From Promethearchaeota archaeon (GTDB lineage Archaea; Asgardarchaeota; Lokiarchaeia; Sigyniarchaeales; SOKP01): a stretch of 64,000 nt of DNA. Position 1 is the stretch's first letter. Each line of letters starts with the position of its first letter. Where the stretch lies: positions 224,001 through 288,000 of the forward strand of contig JAEOUA010000008.1 of the NCBI GenBank assembly GCA_016839555.1, read 5' to 3'. Made by a program: the position numbers and the translations under genes. Shown in pieces: positions 1 to 9,753 of the stretch. The notes beneath the pieces are model-generated. The model saw only the letters and a program-made list of their open reading frames with translations. It had not been told where the DNA came from and searched no databases.

Positions 1-162
1 GCTAAAGTAAATCATAAAAATGCTCAAAAACATCTTAAATATCTTAAAGAAGTTAAGCTGGTTGAGCAAAAAAATTTTGGCCGTATAAAAATATTTAGAT
101 TTAAGAAAGAGAATGTGAAAGCTAAAAGTTTTAAATGCTTTTTGGCTATATGGGAGAATTAA
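1..162 (+). CDS. 3' end of a winged-helix (ArsR-like) DNA-binding protein, truncated by the window edge
   Basis: Frame 1 reads AKVNHKNAQKHLKYLKEVKLVEQKNFGRIKIFRF...WEN*. The HLxxLxxxxLV...GR pattern is a wHTH recognition helix plus wing. Confidence 0.5.
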   Translation, partial: AKVNHKNAQKHLKYLKEVKLVEQKNFGRIKIFRFKKENVKAKSFKCFLAIWEN

Positions 163-282
163 TAACTCTTAAGAATTCATTGAATTATAAAGATAATTTA
201 TAAATTGAAGTTAGAAACAATCTTTTTAACTATAAGGTTTAAGGGCAAATTAAAAAATTAAGTCAAAATTTTCGAGGAAGAT

Positions 283-669
283 ATGGTTGAATTAATATCA
301 ATGGCTAAAAAGAGAATGGGGAAAGATGTTTTTCTATTTTCGTCAAAGTATTATTTGGTTTTTAAATCTATTATGAAAGATTAAGAAATTATAAAGAAAT
401 ATGAAGCTTTGTTCGTGTGGTATATTAAGAATCTTTTGTCTGAAATTCCTAATGAATAGATTTACATAAGAAATAGCTACATAAAAAACTTATCAGAAGA
501 TTTTGCCGAGATAGCGTTTAGTATTTGTTTCCAATTTTTGATGTGGCGAGGATTAGTATTTTTAAAAGAAAAGAGTCATACTTTAGAAAAAAAATTGGTT
601 AATGAAAATTTTTCGAGTAGTTTAAATAAGAGAAAAAAGAAGATAAGATGCTCTTTTAGAGCGTTGTAA
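283..669 (+). pseudogene. Decayed hypothetical ORF
   Basis: GAGGAAG precedes ATG 283. One frame runs to TAA 667-669 with internal stops TAA 382-384 and TAG 457-459. Confidence 0.3.
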
Positions 670-1028
670 GGGAAAGTAAAAATGATTCTGGAAGCCCGCT
701 AATATGATATTTTAATCTTTTTTTTATGTGTCCCTTCTCTCTCTTAAAAGGGCAGTTCTTTTTTTAATAGATATATTAAAGGGAAGTTGTATGAATTAGC
801 TTTTGATTCAGAAAATTACAAGTTTTTATGTTTAGTTTTAGATTAGAATGTAAAATTAGAAGGGAAAAGAATAATGTCGACAAGAGAATTTTAGGGGAGA
901 TTAAGGAGTATTTAAAGGAATACGAGTTAATTGTGTAAATGGAAATTTTTAATTTTTTAATAAACCACTTAGATTTTTTTTGATACCCCTTAATATTCAT
1001 TTTCGATATTTCTAAAGGAGAAGTGTGA

Positions 1029-1828
1029 ATGAGTAAAGAAAAAATCAAAAAGGAAAAAAAAATAGATTTTTTGAAATTAGTTGACAATATTTCCTACAAT
1101 AATAAAAAGGTAATTGATAAAAAAAACAGTTTTCAGAAAATTGGATGGAATACTCCCGTTAAAGCAGAAGGCAACCCTCAAGACATAGTAAATGAAATAG
1201 TCAATTTAATAGAAAGTAATTACAATAAATTTGGAACTTGGGGAAATGCATTTGATTATATATTAGATTTAATTCTCTATACACTTACAAATCAAGAAGA
1301 AAAATATCTTTCTGTCGCTAAAGAAATTAATAAAGACGCAATTCTGGTAATCCCCAAAATTTTCGGTCTTCTTTTAGATGCTTTCTGCAATAAGTATTTA
1401 ATCTATGACTATTTAGGTCAAGTGTATATGAGAATAGCATATAAAAGCAAACAAGAATATTTTGGGCAGTATTTTACTCCATTCAATCTTGCAACTCTAT
1501 TGGCTACCATATTAATTCCAGATCCAAAGAAAGTGATTGAAGACGCAATAATAAGAGGAAAGAAAATCATGTTAAACGAGCCTGCAATGGGCTCGGGAGT
1601 GCTTTTTCTAGCCATTAAAAAAATTGTCATTGAAACTATCGGATTAGCGGGGCTGGATAATTTTCAGTTCATCGGGCAAGACATAGACGGGGTTACGTGA
1701 AAATGGCAAAACTCCAAATGATTATGACGGATTATCGCTATATGGCTAACTTTCTATTGGTAAGATATTCAGAAATTAGAAAAATGATTAGAAGATTACA
1801 TAAAAATCCTAATGGGATCAACAGATAA
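1029..1828 (+). pseudogene. N6-adenine DNA methyltransferase (short N6_Mtase type), frameshifted
   Basis: Motifs DYLGQVY, GQYFTP, EPAMGSG and GQDID. After DIDGVT the frame hits TGA 1698-1700, but the -1 frame continues VKMAKLQMIM... to TAA 1826-1828, consistent with a 1-nt deletion. Confidence 0.7.
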
Positions 1829-1975
1829 AGTACCGAGCTTCAATTTTATTTATAATGCCACACTGATGAAATATGTAGATGGGAAAAAAATTTTTGTTTG
1901 GAATAGTTATCTTTTCTTTTTTATTTTCTAAATTAACATTTTTTAAATTTTAGTATAAAATATGCTAATTTATAA

Positions 1976-2060
1976 GTTTATATCTATATATACGATGTTA
2001 ATATTCATATAAACTCACTTAGTTTACATCTATATTAACATTGTTTATACCTATATAAAC
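1976..2060. promoter_or_regulatory. Array of four 18-bp imperfect palindromes, GTTTA-N8-TAAAC
   Basis: 1976 GTTTATATCTATATATAC; 1997 GTTAATATTCATATAAAC; 2022 GTTTACATCTATATTAAC; 2043 GTTTATACCTATATAAAC. Directly upstream of a wHTH gene. Confidence 0.6.
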
Positions 2061-2079
2061 TATGAAATAGAAGTGTAAG

Positions 2080-2613
2080 ATGTCGATTAATGTTGGATTA
2101 ACCCATATTCAGAAAGTTTTATTGTTTTTATTAGCAAACAAAAGTAAGACCAGAATAATTCATTTTCAAGACATACAAGAACATTTAAATAGATCAAAAA
2201 GCCAAGTATCATTACTCTTAACAAGAATGGAAGAAGAAAATCTTATAAACCGATCCTATGTACGACCTCAACCTATTGGGATAACTGATCACGGAGAAGA
2301 AAGAATTAGGAATGAATGTATTGCAATTTTTAGATCTTATTTGTTTTCTCCTAATAAGAAAAAAGCAAAATCTAAAAAAGATCAGGAGAAGAACATTCTT
2401 AAACTAAAAAAGCAAAAAATTTTACAAATGTTAAACCTTGCTACAATTCAAAAATTTTTAGAAAAAATGGAAGAAATGATTAATACAGAATTTGGAGATA
2501 TCGATGATTATGTTATGAAGGCTAAATTAAATGAATTAAAAAATACTCTAATTGATAAAATTGATTTTTTACTAAGCGAGTTGTTTAAAAGAATTAAGCA
2601 AAAAATAAAGTAA
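2080..2613 (+). CDS. MarR-like winged-helix transcriptional regulator
   Basis: N-terminal LTHIQKVLL...DIQEHLNRSKSQVSLLLTRMEEENLI...ITDHG; helical C-terminus. Confidence 0.65.
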   Translation: MSINVGLTHIQKVLLFLLANKSKTRIIHFQDIQEHLNRSKSQVSLLLTRMEEENLINRSYVRPQPIGITDHGEERIRNECIAIFRSYLFSPNKKKAKSKKDQEKNILKLKKQKILQMLNLATIQKFLEKMEEMINTEFGDIDDYVMKAKLNELKNTLIDKIDFLLSELFKRIKQKIK

Positions 2614-2814
2614 GTAGCATTGTTACAGACCGTCGAATTTCATTTTAAAAAAGTATGTTCTTTAAGGGTTACTTCTCCATTAATAAGGAAATTAATTTGA
2701 AACATTGTGTAGGACACTATTGCTAAGTTTTATTTTATTGGACTTATTTTCTAAGTATTTTTACATTTTGATTTCAAATGGGTGGTGAAGGTTGGTATAA
2801 ATATCATAAGAAGA

Positions 2815-2847
2815 GAGGCTACGATTCTACCACTATACCACGAGCGC
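2815..2847 (-). other. 5'-half tRNA fragment (Gly-like), putative att site
   Basis: Minus strand reads GCGCTCG TG GTAT AGTGGTA GAAT C GTAGC CT C: acceptor 5' strand, D-arm and anticodon 5' stem. It stops in the anticodon loop and no 3' half is nearby. Confidence 0.65.
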
Positions 2848-2998
2848 TCAAAACAAGAATTACATAGTAAAAAACTTAAGAAACAATTAAAATTTAACGA
2901 AATATTTCTTAGGATTCAATAAATGATTTTTAGCTACGAAAAATATTATTTTTATAAAAAAAATAATAATATAAAAAATTAGTTTTATTTTAGAGATA

Positions 2999-3700
2999 AT
3001 GCCAGCTAAAAACCCAAATTTTAAAATACTTTACTTTACACCTCACGCGGATGACATAGAGCTTGGAGTGCCCTTTATGTAACTGGAAACCTTAAGATTG
3101 GCCAATGAAGTTGTTGAAGTTATTATGACCAATAATGAATACGGAATTACAGAAGATGAGTTTAAAGGAAAGCGTCTCACCAAAATTAGGGAATTAGAAG
3201 TTAAAAAAGCAAAAAGCATATTCGAGAATGCAACTGAAAACAAAATTCGAGTCATTAGGATGGGATATATCAATGGGCACTTATCATTAAATAAAAGCTC
3301 TATAAATATTGTGTCTAATTTACTTCTTTGAGAAAAGCCAAACATTATTTTTATTCCCGATCCGTAGTACGTGCAAGATTTTCATGCAGATCATCTAAAT
3401 ACTGGACTTTGGGTATATTTTTCTCTAAAAAAAATTGGGAAATCATTCAAACCCCAGAGATTATTTTATTATTACTCTACGTAAAATTTTTATTATCTGA
3501 AATGCAATTGGAAAGATTTTGATATAGTAGAAAAAGCTATAGCAAGCCATAAAAGTCAATATAGTCCTTTGGAAAGTAAATTAATTATTTGGTTCTACAA
3601 TAAATTTAATATATTTTGGCATTATTTAAAGAAGGGGAAGATAAAAATAATATATTTGGTTGCTTCATTTTTTTATACTATTCAAAATAACCTTTTTTAA
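2999..3700 (+). pseudogene. PIG-L/LmbE family deacetylase pseudogene
   Basis: PHADDIELG, MTNNE, HADH and KAIASHKSQ motifs are present across stops (TAA 3080-3082, TAG 3365-3367, another near 3482) and a frameshift near 3325. Confidence 0.75.
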
Positions 3701-3766
3701 TATTTATTTGAATTATTTCAATTTTATTTTAGTTTTAAGATTTTCACTCTGCTTTTTTTTAAAAAT

Positions 3767-4402
3767 TTAAGAGAGATTAGATTTAATTAATGAGAGAGCT
3801 TTATTTACTCGGTGTTTAATTTCATCAAAATTTTTGGTTGAAATCAATTCTTTTTTAACAATCCAGCTTCCTCCACATGCAAAAACATTTTTTAATTTAA
3901 GGTATTTTAACAAGCTTTCATTATTAATACCACCAGTAGGCATGAATTTTGCTTTCGGATATGGACCAGAAAGTATTTTTAACATTTTTGTACCTCCAGA
4001 TATGTCTGCAGGATAAAATTTAAAATGTGTCAAACCTTTTTCTAACCCCCATTCGATAAATGTAGGAATATTTAAACCGGGAATGATAGGAATTCTATTT
4101 TCAACACAATAATTAATTATAGTAGGATTAAAACCCGGAGTAACAATAAACATAGATCCCGCATTCATTGCTGCTTTAACCTGTTCGATTTTTAGTACTG
4201 TTCCAGCTCCAATAACCATCTCTGGAAAATTTTTTTTAATTAATGATATACATCTAGCTGCAACATCAGTTCTAAATGTAATTTCAATGATTGGCAGATT
4301 TACGTCTAAAAGAGTCTTTGCCAATGGAATAGCATTGTCAATATTTTCTATAACAACCACAGGAACTAATCTTAGTTCTTCAAACTTTTTATAAATTTCC
4401 AT
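3767..4402 (-). CDS. eda: KDPG/KHG aldolase
   Basis: EITFRT, GAGTVL, FIVTPG, KFYPA, FMPTGGI, GGSW. Confidence 0.9.
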   Translation of the reverse strand: MEIYKKFEELRLVPVVVIENIDNAIPLAKTLLDVNLPIIEITFRTDVAARCISLIKKNFPEMVIGAGTVLKIEQVKAAMNAGSMFIVTPGFNPTIINYCVENRIPIIPGLNIPTFIEWGLEKGLTHFKFYPADISGGTKMLKILSGPYPKAKFMPTGGINNESLLKYLKLKNVFACGGSWIVKKELISTKNFDEIKHRVNKALSLIKSNLS

Positions 4403-4487
4403 TTTTCTTAATAATTTGAACTTCTAATTTGATTTATAATATTTTTTTATTAATTGTAATTATATTTTAAATTCTTAATACCAGTTC

Positions 4488-6308
4488 TCAGATTTTATAT
4501 TTTTCTATCTGATAACATAAATTTACCATAGGTACTATAATTTGAAAATCGAGTATGTTCTGATTCTTTAAGAACTCTAATTCTTTTTCATCAACAGTGT
4601 TATAAGCAAACATCCCAAAATGATGAACAATTAGTAATTTAATACTAGTTTTCTTACATAAATCAAGTACTTCAGAGATTTTAAAATTTCCTGGGATACC
4701 ATGTTTTAGCCGATATTCATCTCTACCATTAATTGGAAGAAGAGCAATATCAACCTTATAGGATTTGATTTTATCATCAAGTCCACTATAGAAAATGCAA
4801 TCACCCGAATGATACATATTAATATCTCCAAATCTAAAAATATATCCTAAAAATGAATGTTCTCCTTTTTCATTTATTTTAAACTCCTCATGGGCAGCAG
4901 GAATGGGAAAAACTTTTATATAATCGTTTAATGTAATTCCCTGGTACACATTCGCTCCGATTATTTGCCCTTTTTTTATACCCCTTTTTACTGCTTCTTC
5001 AATTTCAGCCTTAGGAACAATAAATTTACACTCTGGATTATAATTTGAAATAAAACTTAGAGTTTCTGGGTCTAAATGATCTGTATGAGGATGAGTACTA
5101 AATACAAAATCAACATTTCTTACTTTTTCGGGAGATATCGGAGGATCCATAAGTCTTATATGAGGAAAAATAGTCCCTTTATATTTTTTAGACAAGTAAT
5201 CTGATAAATATGGATCGATGATAATATTCTTTCCTCTATATTTAATAATAAATCCTGCTTGTCCGAGCCATGTTAGTTGAATTTCATTTATATTATTATT
5301 TTCGTTTGTAAGAAAGGATTCTATAGAATTTATTTTTTTTATATGTAATGCAATTTGCTTTTGTCTAAAAAATTTTATAATGTTATTAACGGCAGTTTTG
5401 GCGGCTCTATTAATACTCTCAATTGTATATCCTCCAATATGAGGTGTTATTATTGTGTTTTTGTGTTTAAGTAAATCATCTAATTGAGGAGGTTCATTAT
5501 CGTATACATCAGTTGCATAGATTCTTATTTTTCCAGAATTTAATCCTTCTAAAATTTCATTTTTATCAACAACTTTTGCTCTAGCAGTATTAATAAGAAT
5601 TATACCCTCTTTCATTTGATTTATAGCTGATTTATCAATTAAGGGTTTATCAGTGGGAGGACAATGGAGGGTAATAATATCACTTTCTTTAAAAAGTACT
5701 TGTAAGGAAGTAAAATTAAAAGAAGGTAATGGATTTAAGTTTTTATCAGGATTGATATCATAGGCAAGAACTTTCATACCTAAAGAAAATGCCATCTTAC
5801 AGACCCTTTTTCCGATATTTCCAATTCCAATTACTCCTAAAGTTTTATTAGCAATCTCCATACCTTTAACACGAGACCAAATTCCCTTTTTAAGTTGATT
5901 ATTACAAAAAGGAATAGATCGAACTGAACTGAAGATCAAAGCCATAGTGAGTTCAGCAACTCCTTGCGCATTTGATTCTGGTGCAATTTTAATTTTAATT
6001 CCTAACTCATTTGCTGCATTTAAATCGATATTATCAATCCCGACTCCATTTCGGCTAATAATTTTTAGATTTTTTGACTTTTCAAGAACTTTTTTTGATA
6101 TTGGTTCAATTCCCGCAAGATAAGCTTCACATTGAGGTAATATTCTAAGTTGATCTTCTTCCGTAGGTTGAACACCTGGATTGGCAAATATGAGTTCGAA
6201 TCCCTCCTTTTCAAGCTTTTCCAAAGAGGGATGACCATTTTTAGTTATTGATCTTGGAGTAATATAAACTTTTTTCATATTATCATTTACCAATTTTAGG
6301 ATTTCCAC
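4488..6308 (-). CDS. Fusion of a D-2-hydroxyacid (phosphoglycerate-DH-like) dehydrogenase and an MBL-fold (UlaG-like) hydrolase; start may be ATG 6279
   Basis: N-terminal RNGVGIDNID, GIGNIG, INTAR, TPHIGG. C-terminal WLGQAGF, IDPYLS, THPHTDH, HSGD, LPING. Confidence 0.85.
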   Translation of the reverse strand: MEILKLVNDNMKKVYITPRSITKNGHPSLEKLEKEGFELIFANPGVQPTEEDQLRILPQCEAYLAGIEPISKKVLEKSKNLKIISRNGVGIDNIDLNAANELGIKIKIAPESNAQGVAELTMALIFSSVRSIPFCNNQLKKGIWSRVKGMEIANKTLGVIGIGNIGKRVCKMAFSLGMKVLAYDINPDKNLNPLPSFNFTSLQVLFKESDIITLHCPPTDKPLIDKSAINQMKEGIILINTARAKVVDKNEILEGLNSGKIRIYATDVYDNEPPQLDDLLKHKNTIITPHIGGYTIESINRAAKTAVNNIIKFFRQKQIALHIKKINSIESFLTNENNNINEIQLTWLGQAGFIIKYRGKNIIIDPYLSDYLSKKYKGTIFPHIRLMDPPISPEKVRNVDFVFSTHPHTDHLDPETLSFISNYNPECKFIVPKAEIEEAVKRGIKKGQIIGANVYQGITLNDYIKVFPIPAAHEEFKINEKGEHSFLGYIFRFGDINMYHSGDCIFYSGLDDKIKSYKVDIALLPINGRDEYRLKHGIPGNFKISEVLDLCKKTSIKLLIVHHFGMFAYNTVDEKELEFLKNQNILDFQIIVPMVNLCYQIEKYKI

Positions 6309-6895
6309 TTAGGATTATCTATTAATGTAGGTTTATCATTCTGTTCTATCATTAATTTTCTAAAACCTTTCTTTTCTATAGTTTTGTAATCATGACCCGC
6401 ATCAGCCCTAAAACTAAAGAATAGAATTAATGGCTGATCTGGTGATATGTTTATACTTCTATGAGCAAATCTTGGTGGAACATATACAGAAATTCCGGGT
6501 TTCATTTCTCTTACTTCTACATCTCCTTCTGGATTTTCCATTAATAAATAACCATAACCTCTAAGGCAATAATATATTTCTGCTGTTTCTATTTTCTCAT
6601 GGAAATGCCCTTTTGTCATAAAATATTCTGCACCAACCTTTCCGGGATATACTATAGTTGTTCCATAAGCTAACTCTGAGGGATCTGCTTTAATACCCAA
6701 ATCATAAAATTCATAAACAATCAGATCCCTTCTTTTAACAATTTCTTTTAGTTTATTATTATCAAAATACATACCTTCCATATCCGAAAGCATCCGTTTT
6801 TTTGATTCAATTTCCGGAGAAATTCCAGTCTCCAAATTAAATTTAATCACTTTAGATTTTAGCTCATTATTCTTTCTCTTCATCTTTATTTGCAA
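6296..6895 (-). CDS. Cupin-type (archaeal) glucose-6-phosphate isomerase family
   Basis: PGKVGAEYFMTKGHFH, AEIY, YVPP, AHRSIN, AGHDY. Confidence 0.85.
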   Translation of the reverse strand: MQIKMKRKNNELKSKVIKFNLETGISPEIESKKRMLSDMEGMYFDNNKLKEIVKRRDLIVYEFYDLGIKADPSELAYGTTIVYPGKVGAEYFMTKGHFHEKIETAEIYYCLRGYGYLLMENPEGDVEVREMKPGISVYVPPRFAHRSINISPDQPLILFFSFRADAGHDYKTIEKKGFRKLMIEQNDKPTLIDNPKWKS

Positions 6896-6902
6896 ACACT
6901 TT

Positions 6903-7850
6903 TTATTTTGCTTCTATAGCTATATTAGAAATTTTTTCAAATTCTGGACCACTTGTTGGAATTTTTATATGGAAAACTTCAGCAATAACCCTCGTCCAAC
7001 CATATAGAAAATAGGTCCAACCATTTTCTACATGAAGCTCTTTTTCTTTTTGTTGGGCTCTTGCTTGATCTAAAAATACCAGATCTCCTCTATAATTATA
7101 ATCCCAAGCAAAACCTTTTTTTGGAAATTCTGCATTATTTGTAATGGGGGATCCTGGAGAATCCTTACCTAAACCCGTTCCATTAATAATTAATGATCCT
7201 TCTTTAAGTTGATTTACAATTGCATCATTATCTTCCGAATTAGGATTATGAAAATATTCCATATTTATACCTGTATTTATTTGCTCATGAATTATTTTCA
7301 TTTTTTCTAATCTTGGGGTGCTTCTATTTGCTATATAAAGTTTTGAGGGTTTATTATCGGATTCGAGTTCTTGCATAATGTATGCTGTTAATGCCAATGA
7401 TGCGCCCCCCGCTCCTATAATAAATATTTCTGCATTAGTTTTTTTCCAATGATTCTTAGGAATAAAAGACTCAAAGGCTAATCCAGCAGTGATAGGATCT
7501 TTAGCATGCCCCCATAATTCTCCATTTCTCTTGGAGATACAGCTTACCTCACCTAAAAGTTTTGTATAATATCCCACACTATCGAAGTAATCCTTTGCTG
7601 CTTCATAGAGATCGATTTTATGTGAGGTCACTAGTGCACCTAAAGAATTTTTGTCCTTCTTTATAAATTTTACAACTTTTCTATATTTTTCTGGTTGGTC
7701 ATGAATTTTATAGTTAATTCCTATAAATGATTTAGATATTCCAAAATATTCTGCCCATTTTGGATACACACGCATAATTGAGGATTGATGAGTTGAAACT
7801 CCGATATAATAAAATGTAGGAACTTTTCTTGGTGTAAAGTCAAAATTCAA
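6903..7850 (-). CDS. Shikimate dehydrogenase-like oxidoreductase
   Basis: GALVTSHK, IGAGGA, IANRS, INGTGLG, DYNY. Lacks the canonical AroE HSxSP and NTD motifs. Confidence 0.7.
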   Translation of the reverse strand: MNFDFTPRKVPTFYYIGVSTHQSSIMRVYPKWAEYFGISKSFIGINYKIHDQPEKYRKVVKFIKKDKNSLGALVTSHKIDLYEAAKDYFDSVGYYTKLLGEVSCISKRNGELWGHAKDPITAGLAFESFIPKNHWKKTNAEIFIIGAGGASLALTAYIMQELESDNKPSKLYIANRSTPRLEKMKIIHEQINTGINMEYFHNPNSEDNDAIVNQLKEGSLIINGTGLGKDSPGSPITNNAEFPKKGFAWDYNYRGDLVFLDQARAQQKEKELHVENGWTYFLYGWTRVIAEVFHIKIPTSGPEFEKISNIAIEAK

Positions 7851-7882
7851 TACCTATCATCTATAGTCAATTTTATTAGTTT

Positions 7883-7924
7883 TATGTTAATATATGTTAA
7901 AATTTATTAACATTTATAAACATT
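7883..7924. promoter_or_regulatory. Imperfect ~42-bp palindrome in a divergent promoter; candidate operator
   Basis: TATGTTAATATATGTTAA-AATTTA-TTAACATTTATAAACATT, with core TGTTAA-N6-TTAACA. Confidence 0.4.
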
Positions 7925-8030
7925 AAATACTTAAAATAAAAATTATTAATTTGTTCTAATTAAAAATAAAATAGAAAAATATAATTATAATTCTATAAAT
8001 CCAATAAAAATTAAAGTTCCTTTCTTAATA

Positions 8031-9527
8031 ATGGTTATTTTAACTATTGATCTTGGGACCCAAAGTATTAAGGCAGGATTAGTGGATTATGATGGGACTA
8101 TTTTACAAATAAGCCAAGAACCGCAACAAGTGAATCTTCCCAAAAAAGGCTGGGCTCAACAGAAACCTGAATTGTGGTGGAGATTAACTAAAAGTGTAAT
8201 TAAAAATGTTCTCCAAAAATCATCTATAAAAAAAAATGAGATAAATGGCATAAGTACATGTGGTCAAATGCATGGTCCAGTTGGGATTGATAAAAAGGGT
8301 AATATTACGACGGAATGGACTCAAATTTGGATGGATAAACGCTCTAAAAGCATTTGTGAGGAAATAAGAAATCACTACGACCAATCGCAATTGGCACAAA
8401 TTACAGGAAATCCAATAACAACTGGGTGGTCTGGAGTAAAAGTTAGATGGATAAAAGAGAATCAACCAAATATTTACAATAAAACTAAATGGTTTCTTGT
8501 ACCAAAAGACTTCATTAATTTCAAATTATCTGGTGTTATAGCAACAGATCCAAGTGAAGCATCAGGAAGTTATTTATTTGATATAAAAAAAGAGAATTAT
8601 TCCACAGAAATGGGAACAATTCTTGATATTGACATTCAAAAATTTGCAAAAATATATAAATCATATGATATAATTGGAAGTCTTAAAGAAGACATTGCGA
8701 GAGAGATTGGATTACCAAGTAAGATACCAATAATAGCTGGGGGAGGAGATTTTATTGTTTCATTATTAGGGATAGGAATGATTGAGGAGGGGACAGCTGT
8801 TGATATGAGTGGTACTAGTACTTTATTCGTTGTAAAAAAAGACAACCCTATTATTCATCCATTAGTTCAGAATTTAAAGCATGTTATTAGTGGTTGGACT
8901 CCTTTTACAATGTTAGATTGTGGAGGGTTAAGTATTGCTTGGTATAAAGATTTTATTAATTCAATGAAAGAAGAAAAAATATCATATGAAGAAATGATTG
9001 CGATGGCTGAAAAGATACCAATTGGTTCTAATGGATTATTATTTTATCCCTATTTACTTGGAGAAAGACGAACCGAAAATATATATGCAAAAGGAGCATT
9101 TTTTGGAGTCACTTTAACTCATAAAGTTTCACATTTTATAAGAGCAATAATAGAGGGAGTTGCTTTAGCAGTAGGGAAAGATGTAGAAATATTTAGAAAG
9201 TTAGGGGTTAAAATTAAACAAGTTTATTGTCTGGGGGGAGCCACGCGAAATAAATTACTCTATGAAATAAAAGCAAATATTATGCAACTACCTCAAATTT
9301 TGACCAATGAACCAGAAGCAAGTTTACGTGGAAATGGAATATTAGCAGCATATGGCTTAGGATTAATTAATAATATAAAACAAATTGCAAACCCAAGAAC
9401 TCTTAAAATAGAGATAATCAAACCGGATAAAATTTTAGCTAACAAATATCTATTCTTGTTAAAAAAATTTAAAAAAATGTATAAACACATGTTAGGATAC
9501 GAAAATGAAGATGTTCATTATATCTAG
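8031..9527 (+). CDS. FGGY-family carbohydrate kinase (xylulokinase-like)
   Basis: IDLGTQSIK, GQMHG, WMDKR, PKDF, GGGD, GTS, PYLLGER, AIIEG, GGA. Confidence 0.9.
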   Translation: MVILTIDLGTQSIKAGLVDYDGTILQISQEPQQVNLPKKGWAQQKPELWWRLTKSVIKNVLQKSSIKKNEINGISTCGQMHGPVGIDKKGNITTEWTQIWMDKRSKSICEEIRNHYDQSQLAQITGNPITTGWSGVKVRWIKENQPNIYNKTKWFLVPKDFINFKLSGVIATDPSEASGSYLFDIKKENYSTEMGTILDIDIQKFAKIYKSYDIIGSLKEDIAREIGLPSKIPIIAGGGDFIVSLLGIGMIEEGTAVDMSGTSTLFVVKKDNPIIHPLVQNLKHVISGWTPFTMLDCGGLSIAWYKDFINSMKEEKISYEEMIAMAEKIPIGSNGLLFYPYLLGERRTENIYAKGAFFGVTLTHKVSHFIRAIIEGVALAVGKDVEIFRKLGVKIKQVYCLGGATRNKLLYEIKANIMQLPQILTNEPEASLRGNGILAAYGLGLINNIKQIANPRTLKIEIIKPDKILANKYLFLLKKFKKMYKHMLGYENEDVHYI

Positions 9528-9753
9528 ACTGAAGAAAAGTGGTGTATTTTAATTTACAAAATTATCTTCAAATCGAATTAGTTAAGAGAAATAATAATAC
9601 ATAAATTAAAATTAAATCCAAATTATCAAGTAAGATTTTGAAAAAGAAATATAAAAATACCAATGATTCTTTTTAAAAATGTTTATTATTTGTTATTGAA
9701 AAGAATTCTATATAATTTACATCATTTTAATGAAAAATATATAATTCTTAACA

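Larger units (their letters stand above)
1..2847. mobile_element. Right end of a probable decayed integrated element
   Basis: Contains decayed ORFs, a short N6-methylase and two wHTH genes, and ends at a tRNA 5'-half fragment (att-like). No integrase in the window. Confidence 0.45.

Noticed and set aside
776-1087. 103-aa minus-strand ORF and the many short antisense ORFs inside larger genes
   Set aside because: Shadow ORFs with no motifs, lying opposite well-supported genes or in low-complexity AT-rich DNA.
1698-1700. TGA in the methylase as selenocysteine
   Set aside because: Family-like sequence continues in the -1 frame rather than in frame, so this is a frameshift.
3365-3367. In-frame TAG in the PIG-L gene (and at ~42619 in the DUF1499 gene) as pyrrolysine
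   Set aside because: Both genes also carry frameshifts or TAA stops, so they are ordinary pseudogenes.
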